Assembly: GCA_902622705.1 (NCBI GenBank)
Contig: CACNQT010000003.1
Coordinates: 36,903 to 100,902, forward strand
Direction: 5' to 3'
Length of the DNA stretch: 64,000 nucleotides
Source of the DNA: an uncultured Prochlorococcus sp.
GTDB lineage: Bacteria > Cyanobacteriota > Cyanobacteriia > PCC-6307 > Cyanobiaceae
The notes under the pieces were generated by a model. The model was given only the letters and a program-made list of their open reading frames with translations. It did no database searches and was not told where the DNA came from. This document shows positions 32,008 through 41,951 of the stretch, in pieces. A program made the position numbers and the translations under genes. Each line of letters starts with the position of its first letter. The stretch's first letter is position 1.

Positions 32008-33537
32008 ATGGAGTTAGAAGCAAAATTACATTCAATAAAGAGACCAATAATGGTCTTAGGTACTTCTAGTGGAGCAGGAAAATCATTAACGGTTACTGCT
32101 ATTTGTAGGATTCTTAAAAACTTAGGAGAAGAACCAATTCCTTTTAAAGGGCAAAATATGAGTAATAACGCTTGGGTTGATTGGGAAGGTGGAGAGATGG
32201 CATATTCACAAGCACTTCAAGCCTTCGCATGTGGTATAAATCCTTCTTCAGAGATGAATCCCGTCTTATTAAAACCACAAGGGAATTCAATAAGCGAGGT
32301 AATTCACCTTGGCAAAAGTATGGGCATTACAACTGCGAAAAGTTACTACAAAGATTGGTTTATTCCAGGATGGGAAGTAATTAAAAAAAGTTTAAACTCT
32401 ATTTATAAACGAAATCCAAATTGTCGTTTAATTATCGAAGGAGCTGGCAGCCCAGTAGAAATGAACTTAATTCATAGAGACCTTACTAATTTAAGAATTG
32501 CAAAGTATTTGAAAGCCAACTGCATTTTAGTTACAGATATTGAAAGGGGGGGGGTATTTGCGCAAATAATAGGAACCCTGGAATTAATGAAACCTGAAGA
32601 AAAGAAACTTATAAAGGGGATTATTATAAATAGGTTCAGAGGAGACCTTTCATTATTTAAAGAAGGGAAAAATTGGATAGAGAAAAAAACTCAAATTCCT
32701 GTAATTGGTATTGTTCCATGGTTAAATGATTCATTTCCTCCAGAAGATTCTTTAGACTTATTAGAAAAAAAATCTCGTTTTACAAATCCTGAAATTAAAG
32801 TTGGAATCATAAAATTACCATCTATAAGTAACTTCTCAGATTTTGATCCATTAGAAAATGAGGAATCAATATTAATTGAATGGATTAAAGAATCGCAAAA
32901 CTTAAGCAAGTATGACTTTGTTATTCTTCCAGGTAGCAAACAAACTATTAAAGATCAAATATTTCTCGAAAAATCAGGTTTATCTCATGACGTAAGGGAA
33001 TATTCAAATAATAAAGGGAATATTATTGGGATTTGTGGAGGCTTACAAATGCTAGGTAAAACACTTGAAGATCCATATTTTAAAGAGGGTTCCAAAAATT
33101 ATTCTGAACAAAAAATTAATGGGATTGGATTGCTACCTTTAAAAACGACTTTCTCTGAAAAAAAATTAACACGTCAAATAAGCTCTGAATCTGTTTGGCC
33201 ATGTCAATCAAAAATTGATGGGTTTGAAATTCATACTGGTCAAACTAAATTGGAAGATATAAAAAGCGCACAAAAGATTAAAACTATTTTTAAAGACTTA
33301 GATCTTGGTTGGTACAAAGAAAATAATGGGGGTGGGACTATTGCAGGAACATATATTCATGGGATCTTTGAAAATGACCATTGGAGAGATCAATATATTA
33401 ATTTAATAAGGAAGAGTAAAAACTTGCCAATATTAAATAAAAAATCAATATCTTATAAAAAGAAAAGAGAATCCATTATCAATAATCTTGCTAATGAATT
33501 CGATAAACATCTAAACCTCACATCATTTATTAATTGA
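32008..33537 (+). CDS. cobQ: Cobyric acid synthase
   Basis: GTSSGAGKS, PFKGQNMSNN, EGAGSP, GICGGLQMLG, GTYIHG. Confidence 0.96.
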   Translation: MELEAKLHSIKRPIMVLGTSSGAGKSLTVTAICRILKNLGEEPIPFKGQNMSNNAWVDWEGGEMAYSQALQAFACGINPSSEMNPVLLKPQGNSISEVIHLGKSMGITTAKSYYKDWFIPGWEVIKKSLNSIYKRNPNCRLIIEGAGSPVEMNLIHRDLTNLRIAKYLKANCILVTDIERGGVFAQIIGTLELMKPEEKKLIKGIIINRFRGDLSLFKEGKNWIEKKTQIPVIGIVPWLNDSFPPEDSLDLLEKKSRFTNPEIKVGIIKLPSISNFSDFDPLENEESILIEWIKESQNLSKYDFVILPGSKQTIKDQIFLEKSGLSHDVREYSNNKGNIIGICGGLQMLGKTLEDPYFKEGSKNYSEQKINGIGLLPLKTTFSEKKLTRQISSESVWPCQSKIDGFEIHTGQTKLEDIKSAQKIKTIFKDLDLGWYKENNGGGTIAGTYIHGIFENDHWRDQYINLIRKSKNLPILNKKSISYKKKRESIINNLANEFDKHLNLTSFIN

Positions 33538-33785
33538 AAGAAACAAAAATTAAAATTTCATGGCCAAACAATAATGAAACGTTTGTTTCAGAGGGAGATG
33601 ATTGGTTTTCTAGTGCAGAAAAAGCGGGTTTAGAAATCCCAACTGGTTGTCTTACAGGAAGTTGTGGAGCCTGTGAAATAGATGTAAATGGTGAAACAGT
33701 AAGAGCTTGTATCAATAATATTAAAAAAAATAAAAAAAATATATTAAAGGTTTCTTTGACTACAGATCCCTTCTGGGAAGACTAA
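33534..33785 (+). CDS. [2Fe-2S] ferredoxin-like protein
   Basis: GCLTGSCGAC...RAC. Confidence 0.88.
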   Translation: MKETKIKISWPNNNETFVSEGDDWFSSAEKAGLEIPTGCLTGSCGACEIDVNGETVRACINNIKKNKKNILKVSLTTDPFWED

Positions 33786-34339
33786 ATCTTCTTTTATTAT
33801 TGTTAGATACTAAAGTTAAATTTCAATTAAACCGAAATTGACTCATAACAATTAATATAGAAACCTTTGAAAATTTATAATTCTGAGAATAGAATAATTT
33901 AAATTGATATAAAAATTTCAACAATAGTAGTAAATATCCATAAAAAAAACCCCCTTATTAAAGAGATCTTTTTCTAGTTTTACTCAATTAATGTGTTTCT
34001 TTGTTTTCACAAATTCAATAAAACAACTCCTCTACTTTTCAAAATTAGTAAATTATTTCTTTCATGTGAAAAGGAAGAATAGAATGTTACCTAAATGCAA
34101 CATATGCCAGTTTATTGATTTCAGTAAATTTGACCAAGACCCCTACTATAAAAATTGTTCTTTAAGTTGGAAGTAGATATTACTACCATGCGCTAAAGAT
34201 TTAATAAGGTAAAAAATGACTTTATAATTTTGCCTAAGTGGAAATGAGTAGACTTATAAAGACTGAGAGGGGGCTATTCTACCTAAAACCATAAAAGCAG
34301 TTGTAGGAGGGCTACGGACTAAATTTTCCTCATAAGAAG

Positions 34340-34367
34340 AAATATCCACCAACACCACCACCAACAC
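34340..34367 (+). repeat. Left copy of 28-bp direct repeat (2x CCACCAACAC)
   Basis: AAATATCCACCAACACCACCACCAACAC; 27/28 identical to 36515-36542. Confidence 0.9.
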
Positions 34368-34465
34368 AAAAATCTTGTCTACAAAAGATGGATGTTTTTT
34401 GCATTAAAATTTTCAAATATTTCTTGATTTTTTAAGATATAATTTAAATTGTTGCTTTATAAATA

Positions 34466-35287
34466 ATGAATAGAAATGATATATCTCAACTAATATTGCA
34501 AAGATTCAACGAAAATAGCATAGATATTCTTAAAAAAAAATATTTACAATCAAGTTCAATAAACTACCTTGTAATTGATAATTTACTACCAAATGAAATC
34601 GCATCAAAATTAAGTGTAGATTTTCCTGAAGAAAAAGAACTTACTCATTTAAATGGTCCTCAAGAAAATAAATATGTAGGTATACATTTTCCTGAAAAAC
34701 AGAAATTAATAGAAGAGTGTCTATATGCGTTTCAAGAAGAAAATATAGTTCAAAAAATTGGAGAGATAACAAATATAAAAAACTTGATAGGTGATCCAGA
34801 ATTATATGCTGGAGGGATATCAAGCATGAGTAAAGGATGCTTTCTTAATCCGCACATAGATAATTCTCACGATAGAAATCTAGAAAACTATAGAAGACTA
34901 AATCTTCTTTATTACGTCAATAAAGATTTTCCTCCTAAATCAGGAGGAGGTGAATTAGTTCTCTATCCAGATGGGATTAGAAATAAAGAGTTAAAAATAA
35001 AATGTGACTTTAATAGACTCGTGATTATGCGGACTGATAACCAATCTTTACATGGAGTTAAAAAAATCTTGTCAATTTCAAAAAGAAGAAAGTGTATAAG
35101 TAACTATTATTTTTCAAATAATTCCCCTTCATATAAAAAGTATTATCACTCAACCTCTTTTCGTGGATTTAAGGGAGAAATCATTAAAGGAACTTATTTA
35201 AGATTAAATGCTGTTAGCAGGACTTACGTAAAAAAATTAATCCATAAACTTACAGGAAAATCTATTTCAACCAATTATCATAAATAA
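34466..35287 (+). CDS. 2OG-Fe(II) oxygenase family protein
   Basis: LYAGG, HID...RRLNLLYY, GGELVL, FNRLVI, SLHGV...R: HxD...H triad plus 2OG-binding Arg. Confidence 0.88.
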   Translation: MNRNDISQLILQRFNENSIDILKKKYLQSSSINYLVIDNLLPNEIASKLSVDFPEEKELTHLNGPQENKYVGIHFPEKQKLIEECLYAFQEENIVQKIGEITNIKNLIGDPELYAGGISSMSKGCFLNPHIDNSHDRNLENYRRLNLLYYVNKDFPPKSGGGELVLYPDGIRNKELKIKCDFNRLVIMRTDNQSLHGVKKILSISKRRKCISNYYFSNNSPSYKKYYHSTSFRGFKGEIIKGTYLRLNAVSRTYVKKLIHKLTGKSISTNYHK

Positions 35288-35564
35288 AATGGAAAAATTC
35301 TCCAATAGAATTTAGTTCCTTTTCTTTTTAATATGAGTTAATTAGAAGTTACTGTAATTTGCAATTACAAGAAGTAAAAGGAGGAATGTATTAAGTGTCA
35401 AAATCTAAAAAAGTTTTTTTAATTTTATTCTAAAATCTTTTTTACAAAATTTATTTTTAATTTATTTTACAAGTTTACTTAATCACTTCTAACATTAATT
35501 TACTAGTAAACTACTATAAACTTTATTCCATTTGCATTAGTAAATAACATAAAAAAAACATAAA

Positions 35565-36449
35565 GTGAATTTATTATTTTTAAAATTATTAAAACCTAGA
35601 ATTTGGAAAAGAATCTACAAAGAGAGATTAGGTGAACCTTTTATCTATAATTTAATATCTATATTGGTTTATATTTTTGGTGATTTCATAAAAAAAATAA
35701 ATTATGACTTGGTCCCAAGACACCCTTATGCATTTGGAATTAATGAAGCATTTAAGATCGCAAAAGAGGAAAATATCAATAAAATTATCCTAATAGAATT
35801 TGGTGTTGCAGCAGGTGCAGGACTATTTAATATGTCTTACATTGCCTCAAAACTAAGCAAGATTTATTGTATAGATTATGAAATTATAGGATTTGACTCT
35901 GGAGAAGGAATGCCGGAACCGATTGATTATAGAGATCATCCTGAAAAATATCGGAAGGGGGACTTCCCATCATTATTATTAAAAGAGTCAGATTTACCTA
36001 AAAAATGCAAAATCATTTTTGGTTCTATTCAAGATACATTAAAAAAATTTATTAGAGATTTAGAAAAGAAAGAAAGTAAAATAGGATTCGTTTCCGTTGA
36101 TGTTGATTATTACACAAGCACCAAAGAATGTTTAAATATTTTCTTAATTGATAAAGATAGTTACTTATCTAAAGTAGTAACTTATTTTGATGATATTTAT
36201 ATGGTTGATCATAATATTTACTGTGGTGAACTTCTTGCAATTGAAGAATTCAATGATAAAGATTCTATGAGGAAGATTTGCAAAATGAATCAACTTAGAA
36301 ATACTAGAGTATTTAAAAATTCAATATATCTTGATCAAATGTTTTTTTGTCATATTCTTGATCATAAAAGAAGAGATCCGTCTATATGGGTAAATGAGAA
36401 AAAGGTAATTTTGAGTAATCCCTATAGAAAACTCTTGAATGATTTATAA
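35565..36449 (+). CDS. TylF/MycF-like SAM-dependent O-methyltransferase
   Basis: IEFGVAAGAG, GFDSGEGMP, VDVDYY, FDD, GELLAIEEF. Confidence 0.7.
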   Translation: MNLLFLKLLKPRIWKRIYKERLGEPFIYNLISILVYIFGDFIKKINYDLVPRHPYAFGINEAFKIAKEENINKIILIEFGVAAGAGLFNMSYIASKLSKIYCIDYEIIGFDSGEGMPEPIDYRDHPEKYRKGDFPSLLLKESDLPKKCKIIFGSIQDTLKKFIRDLEKKESKIGFVSVDVDYYTSTKECLNIFLIDKDSYLSKVVTYFDDIYMVDHNIYCGELLAIEEFNDKDSMRKICKMNQLRNTRVFKNSIYLDQMFFCHILDHKRRDPSIWVNEKKVILSNPYRKLLNDL

Positions 36450-36514
36450 GTTTTTGTAGTTATTTATCGTCCAACACACTTACTTTGTCCAACTCATATC
36501 CACCAATACAAACA

Positions 36515-36542
36515 AAATATCCACCAACACAACCACCAACAC
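36515..36542 (+). repeat. Right copy of 28-bp direct repeat (2x CCACCAACAC)
   Basis: AAATATCCACCAACACAACCACCAACAC; extra degenerate unit CCACCAATAC at 36500-36509. Confidence 0.9.
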
Positions 36543-36654
36543 CAAATTAAGCATATAATGGAAGGGAGTGGATTACTTTGGACGATTAACTCCCAAAAGT
36601 CCTTTTATAACTGCCTTATATGCTTACCTGCGACCACACAGGACTAAAAGAAAA

Positions 36655-36739
36655 CGGAGAGGGTGGGATTCGAACCCACGAATAGTTACCTATTAAACGA
36701 TTTCGAGTCGTTCGCTTTCGACCTCTCAGCCACCTCTCC
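36655..36739 (-). tRNA. tRNA-Ser(CGA)
   Basis: GGAGAGG/CTCTCC acceptor stem, AACGA-CT-CGA-AA-TCGTT anticodon arm, long variable arm, GGTTCGAATCC T-loop; CCA not encoded. Confidence 0.96.
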
Positions 36740-36793
36740 TTGCTTAATATATAAATTATATTTAGGAATTCTATATTAGGCTTTTATTCGACT

Positions 36794-37816
36794 TTAATCC
36801 CAGCCTGCTTCTTTCATCAATTTTATTGCAAGAGAATTATTAACACCAAGATCTTCTACAGTAACTTTATCAGGAGTAAATGGTCCAAAGTCCTTAACGA
36901 TAGGATTTTGATTGACCTCCTTTAATGGATGTTCAAAAGTAGGCGCTGCTAACCCCTCACTTCCACTAGGAGAGGCTAAATATTCAAGTAACTTTATAGC
37001 TGCAGTTTTGTTTGTTGCATATTTAGCTACACCACCAGCACTAATATTTACATGTGCAGGATTAGGAGTAAGTACTACTGTTTTTTTTGCATATAAAGCA
37101 TCTCTTCTTCCATTTACCCCAGCCAGCATTCTTGCAACATAATAATGGTTTACAATTCCTACTCCACACTTTCTCTTAGAAACCGCTCTTACGATAGAAA
37201 TATCCCCTGGGAAAAAAGGTTTAGATACATTTGAAATCATCCCATTAAGCCAATTTTTTGTAGCCTCTTCACCCTTATTAATTATTTGATTTGCTACCAA
37301 AGATTGATTGTAGGGACTTTTTCTATTCCGTAAACATACTTTTCCTTTTAAAGATGGGTCTGCTAAATCAGTGTAATCATTAATTTTGCTTAAATCTACC
37401 ACCTTTGGATTTACTACCATAACTCTTACTCTTCTTGTTAATGCATACCATTCCTTATCAGGATCTTTTAATCCGACAGGGACATCATTTTCTAAATTAT
37501 TAGACTCAATGCTCTGCAGCAATCCTAATTTTGCAGCATTAGTAATTCTTGCAGCATCAACAAGCAAAATTAGATCGGCTTGAGAATTTTTCCCTTCTCT
37601 TTTAAGTCTTTCAATCAAGGAGATACCAGCAGCTTCAATTAGTCGAACTTTTATCCCAGTTTCTTGTGCAAATTTTTTATATACACTTCTATCTGTATTG
37701 TAATGTCTCCCTGAAAAAACTTTGACTTCTTTTTCTGTTGAATTAACAGGTATATTAAAGTTCAATAAAAATGTACATGCTAATGCTGAATAAATTACTT
37801 TTTTAAATTTTTGCAC
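36794..37816 (-). CDS. idiA: Fe(III) ABC transporter substrate-binding protein IdiA/FutA
   Basis: FSGRHYNTD, EGKNSQADL, YNQSLVA, NHYY iron-binding tyrosines, HVNISAGG. Confidence 0.93.
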   Translation of the reverse strand: MQKFKKVIYSALACTFLLNFNIPVNSTEKEVKVFSGRHYNTDRSVYKKFAQETGIKVRLIEAAGISLIERLKREGKNSQADLILLVDAARITNAAKLGLLQSIESNNLENDVPVGLKDPDKEWYALTRRVRVMVVNPKVVDLSKINDYTDLADPSLKGKVCLRNRKSPYNQSLVANQIINKGEEATKNWLNGMISNVSKPFFPGDISIVRAVSKRKCGVGIVNHYYVARMLAGVNGRRDALYAKKTVVLTPNPAHVNISAGGVAKYATNKTAAIKLLEYLASPSGSEGLAAPTFEHPLKEVNQNPIVKDFGPFTPDKVTVEDLGVNNSLAIKLMKEAGWD

Positions 37817-37918
37817 TTTTTAAAAATAGTATCTATGGTTACTTTATACCTATAAAAACAGTTCAAACTTTAAAAGCGAACTTCTATACATTGAGATGTA
37901 TCATTTTTTATATTTCAA

Positions 37919-38584
37919 ATGAATTATTTAATCCATCAATTATTAAACACTGAAGAAATAAATTTAATAAAAAAAGAATTAGAGAAATATCCCCAAGATT
38001 GGGAAGATGGAAAAAAAACAGCCGGCAGTCACGCTTCATTGGTAAAAAATAACTTGCAACTAAATAGAAATTCTGAGATATCAAAAAAATACTCTCAATT
38101 AATAAATAAAAAAATCCTCTCGAACCAATTAATTAAAAGTTTCTCTTTACCTAAAAGAATCCATGGAATAATGTTTACAAAATCATCAAAAAATATGCAT
38201 TATGGCAGACATATTGATAATCCATACATGTCTTCAGGTAGATCAGATTTATCTTTTACTATTTCATTAACGAATAAAGAGTTTTATGAAGGTGGAGAAT
38301 TAATTATTGAAACAATGAATTCAGAAGAGAAATTTAGGTTAAATGCTGGAGAAATAATTATATATCCAAGTTCCTATTTGCACTCAGTAAGTGAAGTAGT
38401 TAATGGTGAAAGATTAGTTTGTGTAGGTTGGATAGAAAGTTATGTTAAATCAACTGAGGAAAGGGAATATTTATTTGATCTTGACGCAGGAGCAAGAGGA
38501 ATTTTAGCCAAATACGGGAGGTCAGATGAGGTTGATTTAATTTTTAAATCCTATTCAAATTTGTTAAGAATATTAGGTAATTAA
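37919..38584 (+). CDS. PKHD-type Fe(II)-dependent hydroxylase (PiuC/YbiX-like)
   Basis: WEDGKKTAG..VKNNLQ, HIDN, RSDLS, YEGGEL, YPSSYLH, NLLR. Confidence 0.92.
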   Translation: MNYLIHQLLNTEEINLIKKELEKYPQDWEDGKKTAGSHASLVKNNLQLNRNSEISKKYSQLINKKILSNQLIKSFSLPKRIHGIMFTKSSKNMHYGRHIDNPYMSSGRSDLSFTISLTNKEFYEGGELIIETMNSEEKFRLNAGEIIIYPSSYLHSVSEVVNGERLVCVGWIESYVKSTEEREYLFDLDAGARGILAKYGRSDEVDLIFKSYSNLLRILGN

Positions 38585-38657
38585 TAGATCATTTTATACA
38601 TCAAATAGAAAAAGTCATTAGAGATATTTAGAATAATTACTATATATATAATTAAAA

Positions 38658-38885
38658 ATGCCAAGAAAAAGTTCACTCGCAATATTTATAGCCGCAACTA
38701 GTGCGCTAGCAATTTCATCACCTATTAATGCAAGAGATCAAGATTTAGGTGGACTTAAGGAATGGAATACTGATATGTCAATTGATGCAGATTTTATTCT
38801 TGATGAAGATGCTCAAAAAATCGCTGACGAAGCTGCAAAATCTAGTACATGCATTCCTGTTGGGGAAGGAGAGAACTGCTGGTAA
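38658..38885 (+). CDS. Small exported acidic protein with C-terminal Cys pair
   Basis: Signal peptide ending INA; ends CIPVGEGENCW. Confidence 0.75.
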   Translation: MPRKSSLAIFIAATSALAISSPINARDQDLGGLKEWNTDMSIDADFILDEDAQKIADEAAKSSTCIPVGEGENCW

Positions 38886-39085
38886 TTATTAAAAGTAATT
38901 AATAATATAGATTTAGGAATTAAAGGTGAAATGAAAATAAAAAATTTTCATAGATTACTTATAAAAATAAAGTATTTTTTTTTAATTTATATGTTTAAAT
39001 TTTTTCAATTTTTATAAATGAGATTATATTTTTTATTAATTAATAAAAATCTAAATAAGAATCCTTTTTAGTGCTTTAAGTTAAC

Positions 39086-39116
39086 AAAAAAAAACGCCTC
39101 TTATTGAGGCGTTTTT
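39086..39116 (-). terminator. Intrinsic terminator of the porin gene
   Basis: AAAAAAAAACGCCTC-TTATT-GAGGCGTTTTT hairpin. Confidence 0.9.
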
Positions 39117-39134
39117 AATATTCAAAGAACTAAT

Positions 39135-40379
39135 TTAGAATTTGAATGTTGTTTGTAGGAGATAACCAGACATATCAGCTTCAACACCATCAGCATTCTT
39201 GGATGTTCCACCAAAAATTGTAGGTGTAATAGAAACTGAATCATTTACTTTGTATTTGTAGTAAATTTCGTATAAGAATGGATCAATAGTTTCTCCCTCA
39301 ACTTTTTGAGGCTGACCAAATGCTATACCAATTTTGTCATCAGGATTAAGTGTATCAGTCCAATTAAGCCCTACAAAATAAGCAGTTGTATTAGAATTTG
39401 CGGCAGCATCTGTCTCTGAAGTATCATAACCAACAGAAATTGCAGGCATTGCAGTTCCAGAATCATCTGGTCTCCACCATGCTCTTAAACCATAGTTAGT
39501 ACTATTACCATCACCTGGTCTTGCTTGACCGTCAGTTGTCATGAAGTAAGAATCAGTCCAGCCATTATATTTCATATTAACCATTGCTGAAACAGAATAG
39601 TTAGGCTTTGTATAACCAACTTGAGTTGCCCAACTTTGTGAAACTTCATCGGTTAAGAGACCGTTTTTAGATGTAATGTTAGAACTAACTGCAAAGCCAT
39701 TATCACCTGTATATGCCCAACCAGCTCCAGGTCTTGTACTTGCACCATAAGCTGCAGCATTTCCTCCAAGGGTAAATGCCTTTAGTACTGGTTCATATAT
39801 CGAAGGAGTTGTAGCATGCATATAATAGTTTTCAATCTTAGGACCGAAAGTTACTGTATGATTGCTATCACCTATTGGAGTTGTGTACCAAAGTTTATCA
39901 ACCTTCAGGACATCACCATTTCCATTACCTGAACTTAAATAAGTGTTGTAAACAGATTTTGTTTTAGACCAAGAAGAATGGTTTCCAGTTTTGATTCTTG
40001 TATAAAGATTGTCATCACCAGTAAAACTAGTATTTAAGTTCAGTGTATATGTATACATGAACTGTGTTTTACCATCGTAAGTATCATCATCAGTGTCAAC
40101 ACTACCTACGTCAAAGATTGCCTTTCCATCTAAAACTGTTGTATCAGAAAAGCCACCAGCTTCGAATGCATTCATTCTGGATTCAATACCATCAACTCTC
40201 TCATTAGCATTTGCTAATTCGTTTGCGAAAGTTTTGCTATCGAACTGTTTGTTTGAAGATTTGCTGCTACGTGAATAGCTACCCATTTCTTCAATATTAA
40301 CGTCAGATGCTTGTGCAACTAATGGAGTCATTAAACTCAAAGAAACACCTGCAACCAACATTTGTTGGAAGAGTTTCAT
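39135..40379 (-). CDS. som: Som-type outer membrane porin
   Basis: MKLFQQML signal, FEAGGFSDTT, LNLNTSFTGDDNLY, C-terminal TTFKF beta-signal. Confidence 0.92.
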   Translation of the reverse strand: MKLFQQMLVAGVSLSLMTPLVAQASDVNIEEMGSYSRSSKSSNKQFDSKTFANELANANERVDGIESRMNAFEAGGFSDTTVLDGKAIFDVGSVDTDDDTYDGKTQFMYTYTLNLNTSFTGDDNLYTRIKTGNHSSWSKTKSVYNTYLSSGNGNGDVLKVDKLWYTTPIGDSNHTVTFGPKIENYYMHATTPSIYEPVLKAFTLGGNAAAYGASTRPGAGWAYTGDNGFAVSSNITSKNGLLTDEVSQSWATQVGYTKPNYSVSAMVNMKYNGWTDSYFMTTDGQARPGDGNSTNYGLRAWWRPDDSGTAMPAISVGYDTSETDAAANSNTTAYFVGLNWTDTLNPDDKIGIAFGQPQKVEGETIDPFLYEIYYKYKVNDSVSITPTIFGGTSKNADGVEADMSGYLLQTTFKF

Positions 40380-40383
40380 TTTA

Positions 40384-40391
40384 CCTCACAC
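40384..40391 (-). promoter_or_regulatory. Yfr1 sRNA target site over the porin ribosome-binding site
   Basis: mRNA reads GUGUGAGG-UAAA-AUG, complementary to CCUCACAC in the conserved Yfr1 motif ACUCCUCACAC. Confidence 0.75.
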
Positions 40392-40514
40392 TAAAATTGC
40401 CCACAAAGTGGGTACATAAATTGTATCGGAAGTAACTTTTTAAGGTAGGTATATCAGATTCATCCTCGTGTAACAAATTTTACCTTATCTCCTCAAAAAC
40501 TCATCCAAAAGATT

Positions 40515-41387
40515 TTATTTTTCTAGCAAGGGAAAATTCAAGGAATTTCTCTCTTCTGTCCAAGAAGATGCGACTTCTTTAGCCAACTTTCTAATTTTTT
40601 CTATATATTGAGCACGATCTGTTACTGAAATCACACCTCTAGCATCAAGCAAATTAAAAGTATGACTACACTTTAAAACATAATCAAGGGCTGGATAAGT
40701 TAGTTTCTTTTCAATTAATAAATTCGCTTCATCTTGATAGATTTCAAATAATTTTCTGAGATTTTGGGGATTTGATTCAGAAAAATTATATGAGCATTGC
40801 CCTTTCTCAAATTGGAGCCAGATATCGCTATATTTCAGATTTTGATTCCAGTTTAAATCCCAAATACTTTCTTTATCTTGCAAGAACATCGCAATTCTCT
40901 CTAAACCATATGTAATTTCAATTGGTATTGGTTGGCAATCTACTCCGCCACATTGTTGAAAATATGTAAATTGAGTAACTTCCATGCCATCCAACCAAAC
41001 TTCCCAGCCTACTCCCCATGCTCCAAGAGTTGGCGACTCCCAATTATCTTCAACAAATCTAATATCGTGATCTTTAGGATTTATTCCAAGAGACTCTAGA
41101 GATTTCAAATATTTTTCTTGTATCCCATCAGGAGAAGGCTTAATTATTACCTGATATTGAAAATAATGTTGCGCACGGTTCGGATTTTCCCCAAATCTTC
41201 CATCAGTAGGCCTTCTACATGGCTCTGCATATGCAACGGACCAAGGTTCTGGTCCAATAGCCCTCAAGAAAGTATGAGGATTCATTGTGCCAGCACCCTT
41301 TTCCGTATCGTAAGCCTGCATAATCAAACAACCTTCATCAGACCAGAAATTATTGAGATTTTGGATTATATCCTGAAAAAACATCAA
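40515..41387 (-). CDS. glyQ: Glycyl-tRNA synthetase alpha subunit
   Basis: [32 protein letters not shown]. Confidence 0.98.
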   Translation of the reverse strand: MMFFQDIIQNLNNFWSDEGCLIMQAYDTEKGAGTMNPHTFLRAIGPEPWSVAYAEPCRRPTDGRFGENPNRAQHYFQYQVIIKPSPDGIQEKYLKSLESLGINPKDHDIRFVEDNWESPTLGAWGVGWEVWLDGMEVTQFTYFQQCGGVDCQPIPIEITYGLERIAMFLQDKESIWDLNWNQNLKYSDIWLQFEKGQCSYNFSESNPQNLRKLFEIYQDEANLLIEKKLTYPALDYVLKCSHTFNLLDARGVISVTDRAQYIEKIRKLAKEVASSWTEERNSLNFPLLEK

Positions 41388-41537
41388 ATTTTAAAAAAGT
41401 GGAGAATTTAGACCAATGCCAGTAAATATAATAACAAAGCTTAAAAGCAAAAAAGTTTTCAACTCTGAGTTTTGAAGATTATTATCTGGTAAAAACTTTC
41501 ATAAAATTAAACTCTTTATTAAGACCTAACTGAAGAA

Positions 41538-41927
41538 TTAATTATGAAAAAAATCTAATGGCAATGGTCCAAAAGTATCTGACTCTGAAGCATTTTCATC
41601 ATACTGATATGTTATTAAAATTCCTTCTCCAAGACCATTTTCAGATCTAATCAAAACATTACTAGTTTTTTGATTAGCTTTTAAAAAAACACTTCCATTA
41701 GCAGAAAGAGAATCTAAATTACCAAACTTGATTGAAGAGTATTTTTTAGAAATTGATTGCAATGCTTCAACAGCCTTAATATCACTAGGTGCCATTATTC
41801 CTATTGTCATCCAATCTGCCTTAGATATATTTGATTCTAATTCTCCAAAAAGTTTTTTTACTTGACTATTGTTTAATTTAGGAGCAACTCTGAAACTGTT
41901 TAAATCAACTAACTTATTTATTTCCAT
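41538..41927 (-). CDS. DUF1824-like protein
   Basis: DWMTIGIMAPS, GSVFLKANQKT, FGPLPLDFF. Confidence 0.75.
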   Translation of the reverse strand: MEINKLVDLNSFRVAPKLNNSQVKKLFGELESNISKADWMTIGIMAPSDIKAVEALQSISKKYSSIKFGNLDSLSANGSVFLKANQKTSNVLIRSENGLGEGILITYQYDENASESDTFGPLPLDFFHN

Positions 41928-41951
41928 TGAATTTATATTTAAAAATAATTC

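Larger units (their letters stand above)
34262..36671. mobile_element. Non-autonomous or relic integrative element at the tRNA-Ser(CGA) 3' end
   Basis: 14/18 degenerate copy of the tRNA 3' end at 34262-34279; 28-bp direct repeat inside both ends; two cargo genes; no integrase. Confidence 0.55.

Noticed and set aside
33790-34250. 61-aa ORF 33991-34176 and possible gene debris
   Set aside because: No recognisable motif in the frames I read; could be a decayed gene, but I cannot support a call
34340-36542. CCACCAACAC repeats as a CRISPR array or an IS
   Set aside because: Only two 28-bp copies 2.2 kb apart, with no spacer periodicity, cas genes, transposase or terminal inverted repeats
37817-37918. 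Fur box between idiA and the hydroxylase
   Set aside because: Only a short palindrome (ATACAT-TGAG-ATGTAT) that does not match the Fur consensus convincingly in AT-rich DNA
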